Shown here in pieces: positions 1-12,247 of a DNA stretch of 64,000 bases. Numbering within the stretch: position 1 is the first letter of the stretch; each line of letters starts with the position of its first letter. The position numbers and the translations under genes are program-made. The stretch is from Raillietiella orientalis (lineage: Eukaryota). The notes beneath the pieces are model-generated. The model was given only the letters and a program-made list of their open reading frames with translations, made no database searches and was not told where the DNA came from. Location: assembly GCA_036172245.1 (NCBI GenBank), contig JAYWIR010000005.1, positions 62,001 to 126,000 of the forward strand. The letters run 5' to 3'.

Positions 1-632
1 CTCTGATGCTACAGATCGCCATGGAACGGATGACCAGCTATCGGCCCGGAGCGTTCCCTTGCGAAGACACTCAGATCTTCCAAATGGAACTGCTGCTCGC
101 TGTGTTGCGACACCGGAGCTGTTCTACTTTAGATTGCTTTCGACCCTTCCTTCCGCATTCTTTCTCGCCTCCGCCCGCCCTTGCTCTCTCGCTCGTAAGT
201 TGAGCCTATCTGCCAGTCAGTCCCTGTGTCGCACCGGCTACCCCAGCAACCTCACCCCTGTTTGGTATGCTTGCACAGATCGGTGGCTCTGGTGGGGCTG
301 GGAGGCGACACGGTCTCGTCAGGAGGTGTGCAGCGGTCGCAGAAAGCATGGCGAAGAGCAAGCCCAAGTGCTGAATAGGACGGACGGCGTGGGTGGGGAC
401 GGGATCGAAGGCGAGATGGGCGCACGAAGATCGAGCTCGCGTCTCCGGTCGCCCCGGCAACCCCCGCCCGTAGAGCAGCATCTTCAGCAAGAGATTCAAG
501 GTTCCCACCCGTTCACGCCGGGCCGTGAAAGGACTTAACGATTGCACGAATGATGCTGAAGGGACGCTGGGGTTCTGGAACCAGAGTGGTCATCGGCCGA
601 CAGCAACTAAGGCGACGAAATCTTCTTTCCAG

Positions 633-3600
633 GCTTCGAAGGGTCCATATTGGACTGCCAAAGCTGCGATTCCCCTTTCTCCGTTCATCCGGAATGCTTC
701 CCGATCCAGATTCCTGCCAACGATCCCTTTTTCCCTTCGAGGAGATCACGGAACCAGCCGATCTGCATGCCTCTGACCCGCTCCCTGCCGGGTCAGCTGA
801 CTTTAGGTGAGTTGCCCGTTTCCCGACGCACGACAGACGCGAGTGGCCGTGGCGGCGACGACAGCGCACCGAGCGGCGCGCGTGGTTGCAGCGAACATGC
901 GATCGCCCACGACGATTTTCGGCGTCGGCGTCCCGGGGCGGGAGAATCGCGCGACCTCTGCGGGTACGGGCCCGCGTCAGGCAGCGCCCGCCAGACGGGC
1001 GGCAGCCACCGTCTGGAGCTTCGCGATGCATAGCCCGGCCACGCCGACTCCCGGAGCGTGAGGGGGAGCTGCTTTCACGGTCCGCGACGAAGGGCGCAGG
1101 GAACCGGCGGGGTCGGAAGAGCGGAGCCCCGAGGCGCTTCCGAAGAGGACACGCAGGGCCGAAGAGTCTGCCCTGGCCCCTGGGTCTCCCTCGTCGCCAC
1201 CGACAGATCTTGCAGCCGTAGGGATTCCGTGCACTTGGTAGCGAAGCGACGTACAGCTCGAGGGCAAACCCAGTGGGAGGGTGCGCGCGCACGGGGACAG
1301 GACGAAGAGGTTGGGGCGGCTGGAAGTGGTCACCAAAGCAGCGGACTTTCGACCCGGACTACCAAAATACGCACGCCCTCTCGCGCTGACTCCAGGAGGC
1401 AGCACAACATCGGGGTGGCTTCCCGGACGTGGGTCTCTCCAGCAGCAGACGCCCCGGCGATCGGCCGAGGGCGCCATCTCCAGCTTTCATTTTTTTTCTC
1501 TTCTTGGTTCTCAAGAAGTGTCGAAGAACTGTTCGTTTGGTCCATAGAGGTGGCAAACGAAGCTCTTAAGCACTCTCCACGCCCACCAGAGAATGCGTGT
1601 CACTCTTCAACTTAGGGGGCTACCCCGGACCACTTATGACGGGACCATTTATGGATCCAGGAAGGGCTCCGATGGAAGTCCGTTCCTCTGACGCCGGGGA
1701 AGGAACCCCGAAGGGAACCCTCTCCACCTGCGTCGGAGGTCACGTGGTTACGTGGTCTCCTCGCGTGGCACCACCACGCGTCGCGGGTTCGAATGCTCGG
1801 CAAGAATCGACGCCGAGAGATGGGGGTGAGCATCGCGGGTTCGAGATCCTCCCGCAAGATGACGCTGGCTCGACTCTATTCGTTCGAGTGCGGCACCGGT
1901 AACTGTTCGAACCGAATGCCCCCGATGAGTGGTCAGGATTGCGAGTCGACCCTCCGGGGTCCATCCAGGAAACAGAACCAAGGATTCCGGTTCCCTTCGG
2001 GGTTCCCTCCCCAGGAGTGAGGTTATCCTCCCAGTCCTCTCCAAAGCGTGAGCCTTCCACCCTGGTTGTCTCCGAAGGGACTCCGAAGGGAACCTCTTCC
2101 TGGTTCTCTCCGGATGAGTCCCCGGAGGGAGCCAGTCCATTTTTTCTTGTCCGAAGGGAACCTGGAAAGGATCCGCTTCTGGTTTCCTTCCCGAAGAGGA
2201 CCCCTAAGGGAGCAGCGCGCTTCTGGTTGTCTGGAGAAGGCAACCCTCCGAAAAGGGTACCAACCAACCACATGGGAAGCGATGAAGGGCCCCCCTGCAT
2301 GGGAAGAAGACGGCTCCTTGATCCCTGGAAGGACCCCGGGTGGGATCAACTTCCGAACCTGGAGGCCAGTCAACGGGAGCATCCGGTTTCTGGCTTCTAC
2401 CAGCTCCGCACTTGCAGTCCATGGGCCGGCCAGCGTCATCTCGCGGGAGGAACACGAATCCTCGGTGCACCCATTTTTCCAGCGTCGATCCTTCCCTGGT
2501 CGAGATTCGAACCCGCAACGCTTGCATGTCGCGCGCGGAGGCCTCAGCCGCTGCGAGCATCTCCACCGCGCCCGATGCGGACAAGAGTCGCGTGCCATCC
2601 CAGTGTTTTCCCGGAAGCTGCCACTCGAGGCGCAGCGTGGACGAAGTTTGCCTTCCTGTGAAGCCAGGGGGAAGCAGAAGGAGGACCCCACCGAGCAGAA
2701 GACCGATCGCTGGTAGGCATCGTCCATACAGGCGCGCGGGCGCTTCCAAGACTAACGTCCTCAACGGCGGCGGCGCCAAAGAACCTCCGCGTTTCCATCA
2801 CCTACAAAGAGAGACCTGCACGTTTTGGGGACCACAGGCTGCTGGGCCGAGGATCTGAGGGAGGGTGTTTTCTGGGATAGGCCAGGGCGCAGAACTTCCC
2901 CAAAGGTCATGAGCGCTGCTGCCCTTCACGTAAAAGAAAGGCTTGAAACACGCATGCGTGCACCTTCTGCAGGCTGTACAAGAGACGTGCATAACCCCAA
3001 GCAGCACCTCTGCTCTACCCTGCATTACGAAGGTCCTCTTCTCGTATCTTCTTCCTGGGATGTTGTGGTTCTCCGGCGGGATCGATGCTGCAGGATGTTT
3101 TTCGACTTCCAAGACGAGGCGTGTTTTCTTTTGGGAAGGTGGGGGGTGGGCTTCTTGGATGTGGAAATCTCTTCTGCATGACGCCTTCTACTTCGAGCCG
3201 GGCCTCACAAATTGGCCTCAGGGCTTCGGTTTCAACCGGGGCCAGAGCTTTTCAGGCCGCTCTGAATTTTCTGTCTCTCTCTCTCTCTCCCTCTTCCAAT
3301 AGCAATTTCTTTAATCTTCCTTCCCCACTACCCGTTGTCCGAATGGAAGAGACTCTTTCGCTGTGCCTCCGCCATCATTTAGATGAAAGACGCATCCACG
3401 TAACTGGGGGCTGAATGTTTCTCCATTCCCCACGGCAGTGTTTGTTTTTTCTTGCATGTCCTGTTTTCTTGGCTTCGTCTTGTTCAGTATGGACACTGCA
3501 TTCCAGGTTTCCGTGACCAGATCAATCAGGTGACTTCCTTCCTGGACGCCTCGGCAGTCTACGGTTCCGATCCGTGCGAGGCCAGGGAGCTGCGTTCGTT

Positions 3601-6600
3601 TTCCGACGGGAAGCTGAAGTCCACGTCTCACCCTTTCGGAAGAGGCAAGGATCTGCTCTTGCAGCAGCCAGTAGAGGCGTCGGAATGCCAGTCAAGGACG
3701 GTCCGCTGCTTCAGAGCGGGTAAGTGGGGCGGCGAGTCGCGCGTTTCCGACCGGGGCTTTCCCACCGCCACTGCGAATCGCCCGGCTCGATCGTAGTTCA
3801 ACCACGGGCGCGCACCCCCTTTCGAAAGAAACCTCCCCGGGCTGGACCACTTCGACCGATTTGTGAACGAGGCGTCCTCCTGCAGACGGCAGAGACAGCC
3901 CGCGCTCCTGGTACTTAGGTGCTCGTGCGGGGGACGGCCATCTCCCTTGACAGATTCGGGCTGGTGTCGACCCTCTCGTCCCTCACGTTTCTTTTCCATG
4001 GTGACATCGGAATTTCGCCTGTGGCAGCCAACCCCCCTCTGGGCTTTCCTATCTAGCTTTGTACCGGGTGCCGTGACGTCATGGCGCTGTTGAGGCCTCG
4101 CTAACTCCATCTCGCGGACCCCAACCCGGGGTGCCCCCTATCCTGGAGAATTACACTGAAGAATTACACGTCCCCCCCGCGGGCTTCCGCGGGCGGAGGG
4201 ACGTGGAAACAAAACAGTGTGTTAATGTTTAAAAAGAGCCACGTGAGCCGCGAGGCACGCGACCGGTTCTGAGGTACTTAGCGAACCAAAAAAAAGAAAA
4301 CTTCATCTCGCGTTTCATGCGCGAAGCTGTTCCTACCGTGTTCCTCTTCGGTCGCATTAACGCGAATCGGAACGCAAGCCTCTTTGACAAGGCTTTGGGA
4401 GAGAAGTTAGAAGTTTCGGTTCGCTTTACAGAAACCGGAAAGTCCAGGACGAAGGCAGGATATGGCTGGAGTTGGTTCTGGAGCCTTCTAGACGATCAGC
4501 GAGTTTCGAACAAAGCAGGAGGACGCAACTCAGCCGGGGGTTGATTCCGTGGATCGATCAAGTTCCGCCAGACGCTTTCAGCTGAAGAAAGTGCTTCCAG
4601 CTGGAGCAAAAGATGTTCTCGGACTGAAAGGATGAATGGGCGAAAGACAAGTCCTGGGGTGGCGCGGCATGTGAAACCCGAATGAAGCCCCGGAGACTCC
4701 AAATGGAATGCCTGAAGAAGGTGCAGGAGAAACTCGGAATTTCGGATTCATAGATATCGAAGATAAGAGTCCACTAAACACCTTCGCTGTTTTCCTTCCT
4801 GTCTTTTTTTTTTTTTTCGGATTTTCTTCTCTTTTTTTTTGCCTCGCCAAGTACTCAAGAACCGTTCGCCTAGGGGCTCACGAAACTCTTGAACGCTGCC
4901 CACGCCACCCGAGGGTGCTTGTAGCAACTATTCAAGTTAGGGGGGATCTCGGGAGGAGACCACCGTATGAATCCAGGATGGTTTAGAAGGAGAAAAAGGT
5001 GAGTCCCTATCACGCTTGAGAGGGAACTCCAAAGGAAACCCGGAAAGGATCCGCTCCTCGGAGTTCTTCTCCAGAGGCACCTGCAACGGGGCTGCTCCTT
5101 TTTCCCTCCTCCTCTCAAGAGAACCACGAAGGAGCGCTTCCCAGTTTCTCTGAAGAGTCGCTCCCCAATGGAAGCAGCACGCTTGCACTCTGGAGAGGCA
5201 ACTCCCCAAGAGGGAGGGGGGGTATCAACTATCTCCATGGTAACGGCTCCGTTTTCACAACCCGAGGGGAGCCCCGAAGGGAACCGTCTCCTCGATTCCT
5301 GGAAGGACTCCGGAGGGTCAACTTCCCATTCTGGCCGGTCCACGGAAGCATCCGAGAATTACCGGCTTCCAGCAGTGCCGCACTCGTGGGCTGCCAGACA
5401 GCGTCATCTTGCGGAGGAAACTCAAAGCCCACGGCGCATTACATTTGCGTAGCGTGCCTCCCCTTTCCGAGCGGGATTCGAACCCGCAGCGCTTGGTGGT
5501 GGCCACGAGCGGAGAGACCGCAGCCACAGGGCCGCCAGCGCGGGCTCGCGAAACGATAGGAAACCAGGCGAGCAACCGGAAGCGAAGCGGCCTGTTGTCC
5601 GGAAACGAAGGCCTCCAAACGGCGCCGACCGCCAGCGTTCCCGGTAAGCCCGGAACAGTTTCGAAAAGGTTGAACGCGGCGCTTGGAGAGCGCTGATCGG
5701 AAACGGGGCCGCCTGCAGCTCCAGCAGGGTGGGAGTCGCAGCGGCATGCCGGCAGAGGGACGAGGGGCGAGGGTTCGGCAGGAAGCGCAGCCGGAAGCCG
5801 GTTGACGAACTCGGGAAGCGAAGCCGACTCTGGTGTGGCACGTGACGACGGAACGGCAATCCTGAGACTGGGGATTTGGCAGTCCTGCGCGCCCACCGGG
5901 GTTGTTATCCATCGGCTGGGCTATCAGATACCGGATGGCTAGTCTCGCCCTCTTGTAGGTCTGGCGAGAATTTTCCTCGTTCCTTTATTTGCTCCCTGCC
6001 TCTTGGCCCCATGCTTTTCCTAGGGCATAATAATGTACGAGAGATTAGGGATAACGAGAATAGTCCGAGGCGGCAACGACGGCACTGACGGTCGTGTCGA
6101 GGAAGCGCCGGACGACCGAAGGGGAGGAAGACGCGAAGGTCTCGAGGATCTGGTGGCAACTGCGGGCAGCGACCGGGTGCCGATTCTGCCGCCAGGTCGA
6201 GAGCGACCAGCCTGGGTTCCCTCCCTCCCTTCCCTCCCGGGAGGGTTCTTCCGGAAAGCCAGGCATTGCATTTTCTCGTTCCTGCCGCGCCGGAATCTCC
6301 GACGTGCCCCTCTCCCAGCTACCGGCTGCCCGAGGGCAGAACCGACCCCTCGTCGCTCAAAGAACCTCTGTGTGCCACCCTCCGGGAGGGGTGGCCGCTT
6401 CGTCCCTGCTGGCGAAGTGACGAAGGGCAAGAGTGGCAACCAGCTCTCTGGAACAGACGTTGTCTGCGTGTTCTCGAAGACTCCGGAGGTTTCCAAGGAA
6501 ACGAGAGCTGCTGTATCGGAAAGAACAGCCCACTGAACAGCGGCACGGGCGCTTCCACGAAATAGCGAGGAGTCGCTTGGAAACCCTGCGGTATCTACGG

Positions 6601-9600
6601 ATCGGAAAGCGAATACCATGGGAGGAGCTTCACGGCGTGCATCCAGAGCGAGGCAGCCGTCGATCCAGCCCCATGAGGACCCGGGACAGCTGGCAGGGAG
6701 CAGGAAAGGGGGCTCTGCACCGTGAGCAGCAGAGACCACCAGGTGTCACTTGGCGGCGGCGCACTGAGAGCGCGCCACAACAGCTCGGGAGGCTGCCATG
6801 CCGACCGCCTGCTCGGTTCGAAATGGGGCTGCTCCCCTGCAAGAGCCAGACGCGCCCTCCGGACCGGATTTCTTCGCGAGGGTCCAGCAAGTCGGCCGAC
6901 AGGCGACCAAGAGCCACCTGCGAGCAGGAAAACCCCCGGGGCGAATTGCTAGGCAGCTGGTCGACCTGCCTTGCGACGATGCGCCCTCCGGGTTGCCCAG
7001 GGGAAGCAGGCAGCCTTCTGTGGGGACCAGCCCGCGTTCCCCCGCAACCTCGGTGTCGCAGTGACGCCGCCATCGCCTCAGCTCGCGCGCTGTAGCTGAG
7101 AGGGAACCGACCGTCAATCGCTCGTCGCGGCAGCTCCGAGAGGCGCCTGGGGACGCGGCGTCCTTTTGGCGCCCCGAGTCCTTCCTCTCCTTGAACAGCT
7201 CTCACGACTGCCGGACGGGAGCGAGGAGAAGGACAGGTCCCGAGGTGAGGTCACCCCTTCTTCCAGGAGACCCTCTTTCCACGGGCCTCCTGGCGTTCTC
7301 TCCCTTTTCCTAGGGGAGAAAGGGGGAAAGGGGGTGAGCGCGTCCTCTCCTTCTGCCTGTCTGCGTCTCTCTGGTCCACGGAGGCGGCTGCGGCCGCGGG
7401 TGACGTCTCCTTTTTCTCCCCCAGGGGACACCCGGAGCAGCGAACAGCCCGCCCTGGCGGCTATGCACACCATCTGGATGCGCGAGCACAACCGCGTGGC
7501 GGAGGATCTCCGCCGCGTCAACCCCCACTGGGGAGACGACCTTCTCTACGAGCACAGCAGACGCATCGTCAAGGCGACCATGCAGCACATCACATACAAC
7601 GAGTTCCTGCCTCGCATCCTCGGCTGGAACGCCGTCAGCCTCTACGAGCTCAACGTCAAGCCCGAAGGCTACTGGCACGGTGAGGCCGACCTCCCTTCCA
7701 GGGCACCTCATGCCCCCTGCCCCCAGGCTACGACTCGACCTGCAACCCCACCATCCTAAACGAGTTCGCTGCGGCTGCCTTCCGCTTCGGCCACAGCCTC
7801 ATCCGCCCCCGCTTCACCAGGATGAGCCCCGACTTCTCCCGATCCCGGTCCAGCATCCAGCTGAAGACGTCTTTCTTCAACCCAGAGGTCCTCTATGAGC
7901 CCGGGGCGGTCGACGAGATCCTGCGCGGCCTCAGCACGACCCCCATGGAAACCCTGGACGCGTCCATCACGGAGGAAGTGACCAACCACCTCTTCGAGGA
8001 GGAAGACGTTCCCTTCTCGGGGTTTGACCTGGCGGCCTTCAACATACAGAGAGGTCGGTGCTCCTCCCTAGTACCCCTCCGGTGGCGGAGTCGCTTCTGA
8101 CGCAACGGCGGAGTCCTGAAGGTTCCGTCCCTTCTCGACCCGCGGAGGTGCGGGGCGCTGTGCCTTGGGTCACCCGGGCTCGACCGTCCCGTCTCCCCGG
8201 AGACGCGAGGCACCGAGTCCCACCTGCCGTTCTCGAAGGTGGCTCAGGGGGGCCTCCCTATCTTCTGCCGTCGACCCTTGCCCTTTCTTCTGGTAGTCAT
8301 CCTCGGATCGGCCGCGAAGAGCTGGTCGAACACCGCTGCGCAGAACGAGCGCTCCCCTCGTCTCCCATTAGGACTCGGAAGAGTAGGAAAGGGGACACTT
8401 TTTTTCACTACCACTATCTTCCCACCCTCCACTTCCACCCTCGTCTCTATCATCCTCAGCTACTTGCTGACTTCCCCGTCCCCTTGCCCCGTCTCCCGAA
8501 GTCCTCGGAGCCAAAAAGTACGTCCAAGGAAGGAATTTTGCACCCCTTCGCATCCCCCCCCCCCACTCCTGCGCCGAAGCAGCAGCAAACCTGAAACCGG
8601 GAATGGAGGAGACGTGAGGCGGATGGCGGTAATAACGGCACGGACTCCCGCGCAGAGAAGCCTTCGGAACGTCCGCGAGTAACGTCCCAAGCCTTTGGCA
8701 GGCGAACCGCGCGGAGGTGCTGTGAACTGTCTCCAGCATGTCTCCAGCATCCAACTTTCTTCTTCTTCTTCCGTATGATGGCACTCGATCTATGCACGGG
8801 AACTGGGAACCTACCACACTATACGAGCCCTGCGGATAGGACGGTAGTTACGAAAGACACGAAGCCCATCTTCAGCATCATGGCACCAGGGTACTTCGTT
8901 ACTCGATCTGATCCTGTGGCAAGGAGATCAAAGGTGTTTGTTGGTCATTCGACTTGGAAGACTTTGGAGTTTTGCTGACACCGAATCGACGGAGAAGCAA
9001 CCTGAAGAGTTTGAGGTCGATCATCCCCCGTCAACCTTTCCTGCCCTGCTGCGTCCGCGAGAATCGCCGTGAGACAGAGTTCGACCCTTCATCGCGTGTT
9101 CGTTTGTTTGTTCTCTCTGTCTCCCTTCCAAAACACTGACACTGTATCAAAATTCGTCCGCAGCGCCTCATCAGGTGGAGGCACCGCGCTATACGAGGAC
9201 CGTTGCCAGTTTTCCGCCGTCGTTCCGCCACACCCGGGGCTCTACTCGTGCCTTATTTTTCATCCACGCCGGTCATTCACGTGTCCAGTTGCACGGGTGC
9301 ATCCAATTAGCCCATCGTTATTCAATTAAATGTGTCCACACCCGCACGTAGCGCAGCATTCTCGCCTTCGGGAGGTCAAGGAAGGCTTCGTGACCTTGGA
9401 GACTTAGGAGGTTAGCCGCTGCACGGACACCCGTTAAAGTGGTGGGAGTCGAGGAAATGGAGGGGTCGCCTTCACGGCAGGACGTGCTCGGCAGCAGGAC
9501 GAAAGAGAGGGGAGAGAGCATGGCCAAGCCGCGAGTCGCCCTGGGGACGATCTCGCGGTCTCCGCGCAGCACTCCTGGAACGGCTTGAAGAGTCCGCACG

Positions 9601-12247
9601 GAGAGGGGACCCGTGGGAAAGAGATCCTGTGAAGCGCCAGAGGGAACGCCGATAGAGAAAGCGAGAGGACGTCCCTCTCGCTCCATTGCGTGAGTGCCGC
9701 GGCTTTTGCTTTCCGGCCTGCTCCCGGAAACCGAGAAGCACCCGGGAGGTGCAGAGAGACTCGAGACTCGAACCTCTCCCCGGTCCCAGGAGACCTCCTC
9801 AAGAAGAGCCTCGCCCCCTTCCTGTCGATTCCTTCGTGGCCGTCTGCCGAGGGGAGGCTGGTCTTCCCGGTCGACTTTTGCGAGGTGCCGAGGGGACGCG
9901 CGGATCCACCTCTCGCCCCAGCCCGGTAGCAGCGGAAAAGTCGGGTCGGAATCCTCGGACTGGAACGCGCGACGGCGGTCTCTTCTCTCTATCAGCTCCG
10001 ACTCCAGATTGCCAGGCGATCCGGCTACGGTCCCGAAAAAAGGGGGTGAGGCGCCCTGGGTCTGCTTGCATTTCGAGGTGGCGAGGCAGAAAGCCTCCGG
10101 ACGAGCGCTGCGGTTCCTCTCCTGCAAGGGTAAGAACGGAGCGAGGTGGGTCCCTCCGGGTGCGAAACACGGAGTCCACGTCCCTGGTGTACCACAGGAT
10201 GATGAAGGTCACTCTCTAAGATGCAAAGGAAGCCCCCCTGTTCCCCACCGCGCACCGAAGACAAAAACATTCTTTGGCTCAGTCTTGAAACGGCGGTTGA
10301 CTTCCCTCTCCCCTCTCTCTCTCGAGCAGCATTGCCGCCAGAGATTCCCTTCCTGGTCCACTGTTCTTGTGCAACCAACAGGTCGAGATCATGGCCTGGC
10401 TCCGTACAACGAGTACAGGGCACTTTGCAACCTGAGCACGGCCATCACCTTCGACGACCTGTCCAGGGAAATCCACGAACCTGCCCTCCAACACTTCCGC
10501 GAGATCTACGAGGACGTCGACGACATCGACCTGTTCACGGGAGGCCTGAGCGAGATGCCCCTTCACGGCGGTCTCGTGGGGCCCACCTTCGCCTGCATCA
10601 TCGGCATCCAGTTCCGCAACCTACGCCGGTGCGACAGACTGTGGTCAGGAGGGAGGGCGTCATGGCCTCAGGGAGTTCTGGAAGAATCCCATCACGCAGG
10701 TACGAGAACGTCGACCCCATGGTGCGGTTCACGGAGGCCCAGCTCGCGGAAATCCGCAAGACCACGCTGGCGAAGGTGATATGCGAAAACTCGGACACGA
10801 TGGACGGCGTGCAAAGGTCACTGTTCGACCTTCCGGACCACTTCCTGTGAGTCCTGCTCTTTTTCTTTTTTTTCTTTTGGAAGTGTTCTGCGGTGGCTGC
10901 TTCCAAGGTGGCCGGCAGTCCAAACCGCCGCGTGGTCCACCGCAGTTCCTCCTAGTATCCACTCTCGGATGCTGTCCTGCGCAAATCGCATACTGACGTG
11001 ATGTAAGAGACAAGAGCAGTACAGAGCGTTCGACAACGCTGAAATTGCTCAACAAGTACAGCTGGCAGCTAGATTTAGACTGTTAGATGGCCATGCGCGT
11101 TCCCCATGCACGCTCAGAACACACAGCCCAGCGCCCATATGGACAGGTGCACACCAAAACGCACATGGTTTTTCCGGAAACACATATGCTATGCGTGAAG
11201 GAACGGCTCCAGATAACCCTGCTGAGGTGACCACGGCTATGCGAAATGACCTTGCGTTCTCCCTTCAGAATCATACGGAAGAAAAGATGGAAACTGCTGA
11301 AGCTGAAGGGAGCAGCATAAAGACGATGCTGGTGGGACCGCCGACATCGGAAAAGGGTAACTTCCCAAGTCAGACAAAAGAAAGTTCCAGCTAAACTATC
11401 GTCCATCGACTTGGACGGCAGAGTTTCAGTCGAACCCATGTGACACAGCTTTCCTACTTTGACCCTTTAGACACACCGATTGCCCTTGATTGATCACAGA
11501 TCGGCTACTGCGAATCGCTACCGTGAAGCAACTGCGTGAAAGGAGCAAAGTGTTCGTCATAATAATGCGAGTTTTTGGAGTTAGTTCCACAAACTGCTTT
11601 GATGAGTAGTTTGGCACCAACAAGTTGCGCACTTACACGACATGAGTAAACCTCAGCACTTCAAATGTTAAGCACACAAGAGTTTGTTTTAACAACAAGA
11701 ACGGACACCGTCGCTAATTCAGCAAAGCCGCTTTCCGAGCTTTAAACTCTTAGAATGTGGTTTAACGGGAGATATGCACAAAAAAAAAAAGCCTTGGAAA
11801 TATTCATCTGAGGTGTTTCCTCTAGATTCACACCCGTTAGCAAAGTGGCAGAAAATTCACTCATATGTTTATTTCTGTTAAACGTTAGAAATCCACGCAC
11901 AAATTGCGACAACCTACTTAAAATCGACTTGGAGGAATGGAGGGAGAGAATCTCCTGCAGGGTTGCCAACATATCTTTTGATATTGGGAAAGCTCAACGT
12001 ATTTCTCCGTGCGTTACATGCACCTGCACGAAGGAAGGCGTAAGCTGATCACTGAAAACCGAAAAAGTTGTCTTTTTAGCCCATATGCCAATCATTGAAA
12101 ATTAAGAATTGCTTTCAATTAGCCCAGTTATTTAACCACGAAGACATCCTGAACGATCACATCTGCAAAGTGCAATGTGCTTTCGCTTTCCGTTTGATGC
12201 CTCGAATAGAGCCAGTGGACAAAAGCCAGTTAGGATTTTCGACATGA
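633..12247 (+). CDS. Animal heme peroxidase (chorion-peroxidase/CG10211-like), 3' part. Exons 633-806, 3507-3719, 7425-7679, 7727-8053, 10382-10643, 10700-10846, 11889-12039, 12080-12247; upstream exons lie outside the window
   Basis: Phase-compatible GT-AG exons join into GFEGSILDCQSCDSP..CMPLTRSLPGQLTLG / FRDQINQVTSFLDASAVYGS / GDTRSSEQPALAAMHTIWMREHNR (distal Arg) / NEFAAAAFRFGHS (proximal His) / NIQRGRDHGL / DIDLFTGGLSE..GPTFACIIGIQFRNLRRCDRLWYE. A Cys-rich tail (SPCVTCTCTKEGPICQSL..CKVQCAFAF..LGFST) ends at TGA 12245-12247. Confidence 0.93.
1488..2582 (-). mobile_element. SINE-like copy B, interrupted by an oppositely oriented head fragment
   Basis: Head at 2582-2420, body to ~2011, and tail 1725-1488 ending in a T-run on + (A-run on -). 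Confidence 0.72.
1727..2010 (+). mobile_element. SINE-like copy A, 5' ~280 bp only, nested in copy B
   Basis: CCTGCGTCGGAGG..GTGGCACCACC..GGGTTCGAAT..GGGTTCGAGATCC..AGATGACGCTGG..GACCCTCCGGGGTCCATCCAGGAA. Confidence 0.75.
4112..4213 (+). mobile_element. SINE-like copy C, 3' tail only
   Basis: Close match to 48985-49085 (CCGGGGTGCCCCCTATCCTG, duplicated GAATTACAC, CGTGGAAACAAA). Confidence 0.75.
4781..5545 (-). mobile_element. Full-length SINE-like copy D, in a peroxidase intron
   Basis: The reverse complement starts GCCCGCGCTGGCGGCCCTGTGG..GGGTTCGAATCCC..AGATGACGCTG. The tail matches 37570-37755, including the A-rich tract. Confidence 0.82.

Noticed and set aside
1915..1945. Hammerhead ribozyme core (CCGATGAG, similar to CUGAUGAG) in the SINE
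   Set aside because: It is not conserved in copies D and E, and I found no matching GAAA/UH with stems.
1..11000. Many long overlapping ORFs in the six-frame track (e.g. 513-1292, 9318-10127, 9694-10779)
   Set aside because: These are artefacts of GC-rich, stop-poor introns and SINE copies. Only the spliced peroxidase exons carry family motifs.
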